The position numbers and the translations under genes were made by a program. From Phycisphaerae bacterium (GTDB lineage: Bacteria; Planctomycetota; Phycisphaerae; UBA1845), in NCBI GenBank assembly GCA_029260165.1, contig JAJDDT010000009.1, positions 29,074 to 93,073 of the forward strand: a stretch of DNA of 64,000 nt, given 5' to 3'. This document shows positions 61,350 through 64,000 of the stretch, in pieces (positions within the stretch are counted from its first letter, which is position 1; every line of letters starts with the position of its first letter). The notes beneath the pieces were generated by a model, which did not search any database, was not told where the DNA came from, and saw nothing but the letters and a program-made list of their open reading frames with translations.

Positions 61350-62966
61350 ATGACAACAAACCGAATCACGGCTGTTTCGGCGTGCATCGGCGCAATCTGT
61401 TTCGTCAGTTGTATCCCAACGATCCCGAACGGAACCATCGTTCCACCCGATGCGCCGGATACCGACGACACGAACACGAACGAAACATCGTCGTTGCAGG
61501 GGTTGCTGTTTGCCGACAGAAGCCTGCTCATCCGCGGCGATGCGCAGGAATCAACCGCCTTCGTGACCGCAGAATCGTCGGTCTGCGCGACGTTTCTGTG
61601 GCGCGTCTGCACCGCCGACGGCGATCAGCCCTGCACCCCGTCACGCGAAACGCAGGCACGCGCGTTGCTCGAATTTGCGACCCCCGACACCAGCGAGGTC
61701 GGCACCCGAAGCACGCTGTCCATCGAGCGCATCCTCTCCGACCCCGGCGCTGCCGGTACCGAACTGATTGTCGAGGTCGAAATCACCGCTGCCAATGACA
61801 GCCAGGGATGCGTCGAATCCGCCGACATCGGCGAGACCACCATCGAAGCCATCACCCTCCGCGTCATCCGTCCTGACGAACCGTTGACCGTTTCGCTGAC
61901 CGCTCCGCAGGGAATTCAGGTCAGCCCCGGCGGAACAACCACCCTGATCGCCCGAATCTCCGGGGGGAGACCCTTCACCGGTCAGCCACCCCAAACCTGC
62001 AGCGGCTTCGGACTTCAATCCCCACCCAATTCCGGCGATCCATACACCGTCGTTTGGAACGTCAACGACGCAGCCCTGACCAGTGTGCCCGTGATGCTCG
62101 ATTTCGAAGCAACCTGCCTGACCGACGACGATGGCGTGACAGTGGCTGAGGGAACCTACGCCGCTCCGGTCGCCACCGGCATTGTCCTGATCTCGATCGA
62201 GGTAACAGACGAGAGCGGAAGTCGCGTCACCGAATCCCTGTCCATCAACGTGGGTTCCAACGCCTCGCTGACCATCACCCAGGCCTCCGCCGACAATCTG
62301 CAAATCGCGCCGGGCGCTACGACCGATCTGCAGGTCTCCGCGCAGGGTGGAACCCAACCCTACACCATCACCTTTTCGATCGACGAGGGTGCTCTTGACG
62401 GGCGGTTGTCGGTCCCAGGATCATCATCAGGTAATCCCGCAGTGGCCAGTTGCACGGGCGTCGTCTCGGGCGAAATATGCACCGCCACCTACATCGCCAC
62501 CAGCGATCAGACCGGCGGCGACACCGTCTTTGTCACCGTCACCGACAGCGTCAACGCAACCGCCTCCACGACCATCCCGCTCATCGTGGCTTCACAGCAA
62601 ACCCTCTCGCTCAGCGCCAACACCGGGTCACCCGTGATCAACGAGGACGACGGTACGACCAGCGTGACAGCCACCGTGTCCGGCGGAACCCTGCCATACA
62701 CCGTCTGCTTCGTAGTCGAAAGCACCGCCATTGGTCTGGTTGTGGATTTGAGCAACGTTGCGGGCTGCGACACCATCGGCACGCTCACCAACTGTACCTG
62801 CATCGATTCGTTCAACAGCGGATCGACGTTTGCAACCGCCATGCGCACGCTCGACGCTGTCGATGGTGTGGGCGGTGCCACCGTGCGTGTTCAGGCCAGC
62901 GATGCCGTTGGCGCGGGATCAACCGTGTTCGTATCCGTTGACGTCAGTCCATTCACCTCCAACTAA
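61350..62966 (+). CDS. probable lipoprotein with three Ig-like repeat modules
   Basis: AAAGGGA RBS. N-terminus MTTNRITAVSACIGAICFVSC. The recurring module ends at ISGGRPFT, AQGGTQPYTITF and VSGGTLPYTVCF. Confidence 0.6.
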   Translation: MTTNRITAVSACIGAICFVSCIPTIPNGTIVPPDAPDTDDTNTNETSSLQGLLFADRSLLIRGDAQESTAFVTAESSVCATFLWRVCTADGDQPCTPSRETQARALLEFATPDTSEVGTRSTLSIERILSDPGAAGTELIVEVEITAANDSQGCVESADIGETTIEAITLRVIRPDEPLTVSLTAPQGIQVSPGGTTTLIARISGGRPFTGQPPQTCSGFGLQSPPNSGDPYTVVWNVNDAALTSVPVMLDFEATCLTDDDGVTVAEGTYAAPVATGIVLISIEVTDESGSRVTESLSINVGSNASLTITQASADNLQIAPGATTDLQVSAQGGTQPYTITFSIDEGALDGRLSVPGSSSGNPAVASCTGVVSGEICTATYIATSDQTGGDTVFVTVTDSVNATASTTIPLIVASQQTLSLSANTGSPVINEDDGTTSVTATVSGGTLPYTVCFVVESTAIGLVVDLSNVAGCDTIGTLTNCTCIDSFNSGSTFATAMRTLDAVDGVGGATVRVQASDAVGAGSTVFVSVDVSPFTSN

Positions 62967-62979
62967 CAAGGGCAACAAC

Positions 62980-64000
62980 GTGACCCTGCTGATAACATCA
63001 ATCGCCGCTGAAACCACCGATGACATGCTGAAACGCGCCAGGGAAGCACTTGAACGCGGGGCAGATGCGGTTGAACTGCGACTCGACACATTGAAGTCAA
63101 ACCAAAGCGTGACCGGACTCGCCAAGGCGCTGCCCACCGCCACATGGATCGCCACCTGCCGATCCAACAACGAGGGCGGACAATCCAGCGAACCGGCTGA
63201 ACACCGCGTCTCCACGCTGAAAAGCGTCAGCCTTCCCGGTGATGGGTTTGTCGATTTTGAATATCGCGACTGGAAAAATTCCACCCTTGCCCGACACGAT
63301 CTCGGTCAACTGTCGCTGATCCTTTCGTACCACGACTTCGCCGGTCCGCCCGACAACCTCGATACTCTTATTGCTGAAATGACGGCTGACCCGCAATCGA
63401 CGGTGGTCAAGATATGTTGGCAGGCGAGAGATATCATGTGCAACTTCAAAGCCCTCGATATTTTGCGGTGCGCGGAGAAAGACACCGTCGCGATTTGCAT
63501 GGGTGAAGCTGGTTTGATGTCGCGCGTTTTGGCGAGAAAATTCGACGCGTTTGGGACGTTTTGCGCGCTGGACGAGTCAAGTCCCACCGCGCCAGGCCAA
63601 CTGACGCTGGACGAGATGAAAAAACGGTATCGTTGGGACGATATCGAGTGTGGAACACCATTTTACGGCGTGATTGGAAACCCGGTCGCTCATTCCCTTA
63701 GCCCGAGACTTTTCAACGACCTGTTCGCAGCCAACCGCATTCCCGGTGTTTATCTGCCATTGCTGGTGGAACCGACGTATGAATGTTTCGCGGCGTTCAT
63801 GGACGAATGTCTGGCGTGTGACTGGCTTGATGCCAGGGGGTTCAGTGTCACGTTGCCACACAAGGAACATGCCTGGCGATACCTTGGGGATCGTGTTGAT
63901 CCGCCGGCGGACGTGATGGGGGCGGTGAATACGATCCGGATTGAGGAGGGCGAGGTTTGGGGTTGCAACACGGACGCGCCGGCTGCGGTGGATGCGCTCT
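62980..64000 (+). CDS. aroDE: bifunctional 3-dehydroquinate dehydratase (type I) / shikimate dehydrogenase; 3' end beyond the window; not in the supplied ORF track
   Basis: Hand translation from GTG 62980 is open to nt 64000. AroD-I motifs: GADAVELRLD, LILSYHDF, VVKI, MGEAGLMSRV. These are followed by AroE motifs: YGVIGNPVAHSLSP, FSVTLPHK, GAVNT, GCNTD. Confidence 0.85.
   Translation, partial: MTLLITSIAAETTDDMLKRAREALERGADAVELRLDTLKSNQSVTGLAKALPTATWIATCRSNNEGGQSSEPAEHRVSTLKSVSLPGDGFVDFEYRDWKNSTLARHDLGQLSLILSYHDFAGPPDNLDTLIAEMTADPQSTVVKICWQARDIMCNFKALDILRCAEKDTVAICMGEAGLMSRVLARKFDAFGTFCALDESSPTAPGQLTLDEMKKRYRWDDIECGTPFYGVIGNPVAHSLSPRLFNDLFAANRIPGVYLPLLVEPTYECFAAFMDECLACDWLDARGFSVTLPHKEHAWRYLGDRVDPPADVMGAVNTIRIEEGEVWGCNTDAPAAVDAL

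Overview
GC-rich bacterial chromosomal segment. PEP-CTERM and IPTL-CTERM sorting tags, dockerin-like EF-hand pairs, multihaem-TPR fusions and very large secreted proteins suggest a Planctomycetota/PVC-like organism; this is inference from gene content, no search was run. All family calls are by-eye motif recognition on the supplied translations.

Left to right:
1. A lidless Hsp70-like ATPase (cut by the left edge), a MIDAS vWA protein and a small 2-TM protein, tightly coupled. They abut an excisionase/tyrosine-integrase cassette, lower-GC small ORFs and a tRNA-Val.
2. purM-purF, a tandem VanZ-like membrane protein, an MDR oxidoreductase and a membrane zinc-ribbon protein.
3. An ilvB-ilvN-ilvC-leuA-leuC-leuD-cimA-leuB operon of eight genes. 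Upstream lies a ~500 bp leader with a candidate Ile/Leu/Val-rich leader peptide and a strong intrinsic terminator.
4. Convergent gltB-gltD-ilvD, then infA.
5. preT and preA, split by an IS200/RAYT-type HUH transposase gene. That gene carries an in-frame TAG and is flanked by inverted 28-nt REP-like hairpins.
6. A tandem family of PEP-CTERM paralogs, one of them frameshifted, and a dockerin-like secreted protein.
7. ubiB, a GT-rich terminator-capped region, another PEP-CTERM gene and tRNA-Ala.
8. A 7-haem cytochrome-TPR fusion, a GH130-like protein, a giant S8 protease and tRNA-Glu.
9. Thioredoxin-like, prenyltransferase-like and FG-GAP/IPTL-CTERM proteins, fbp, a 4Fe-4S-TPR membrane protein, a PEP/pyruvate-binding-domain protein and an Ig-repeat lipoprotein.
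10. An aroD-aroE fusion that is absent from the ORF track and runs off the right edge.

No CRISPR array or rRNA was seen. Many long ORFs in the track are antisense shadows of real genes.
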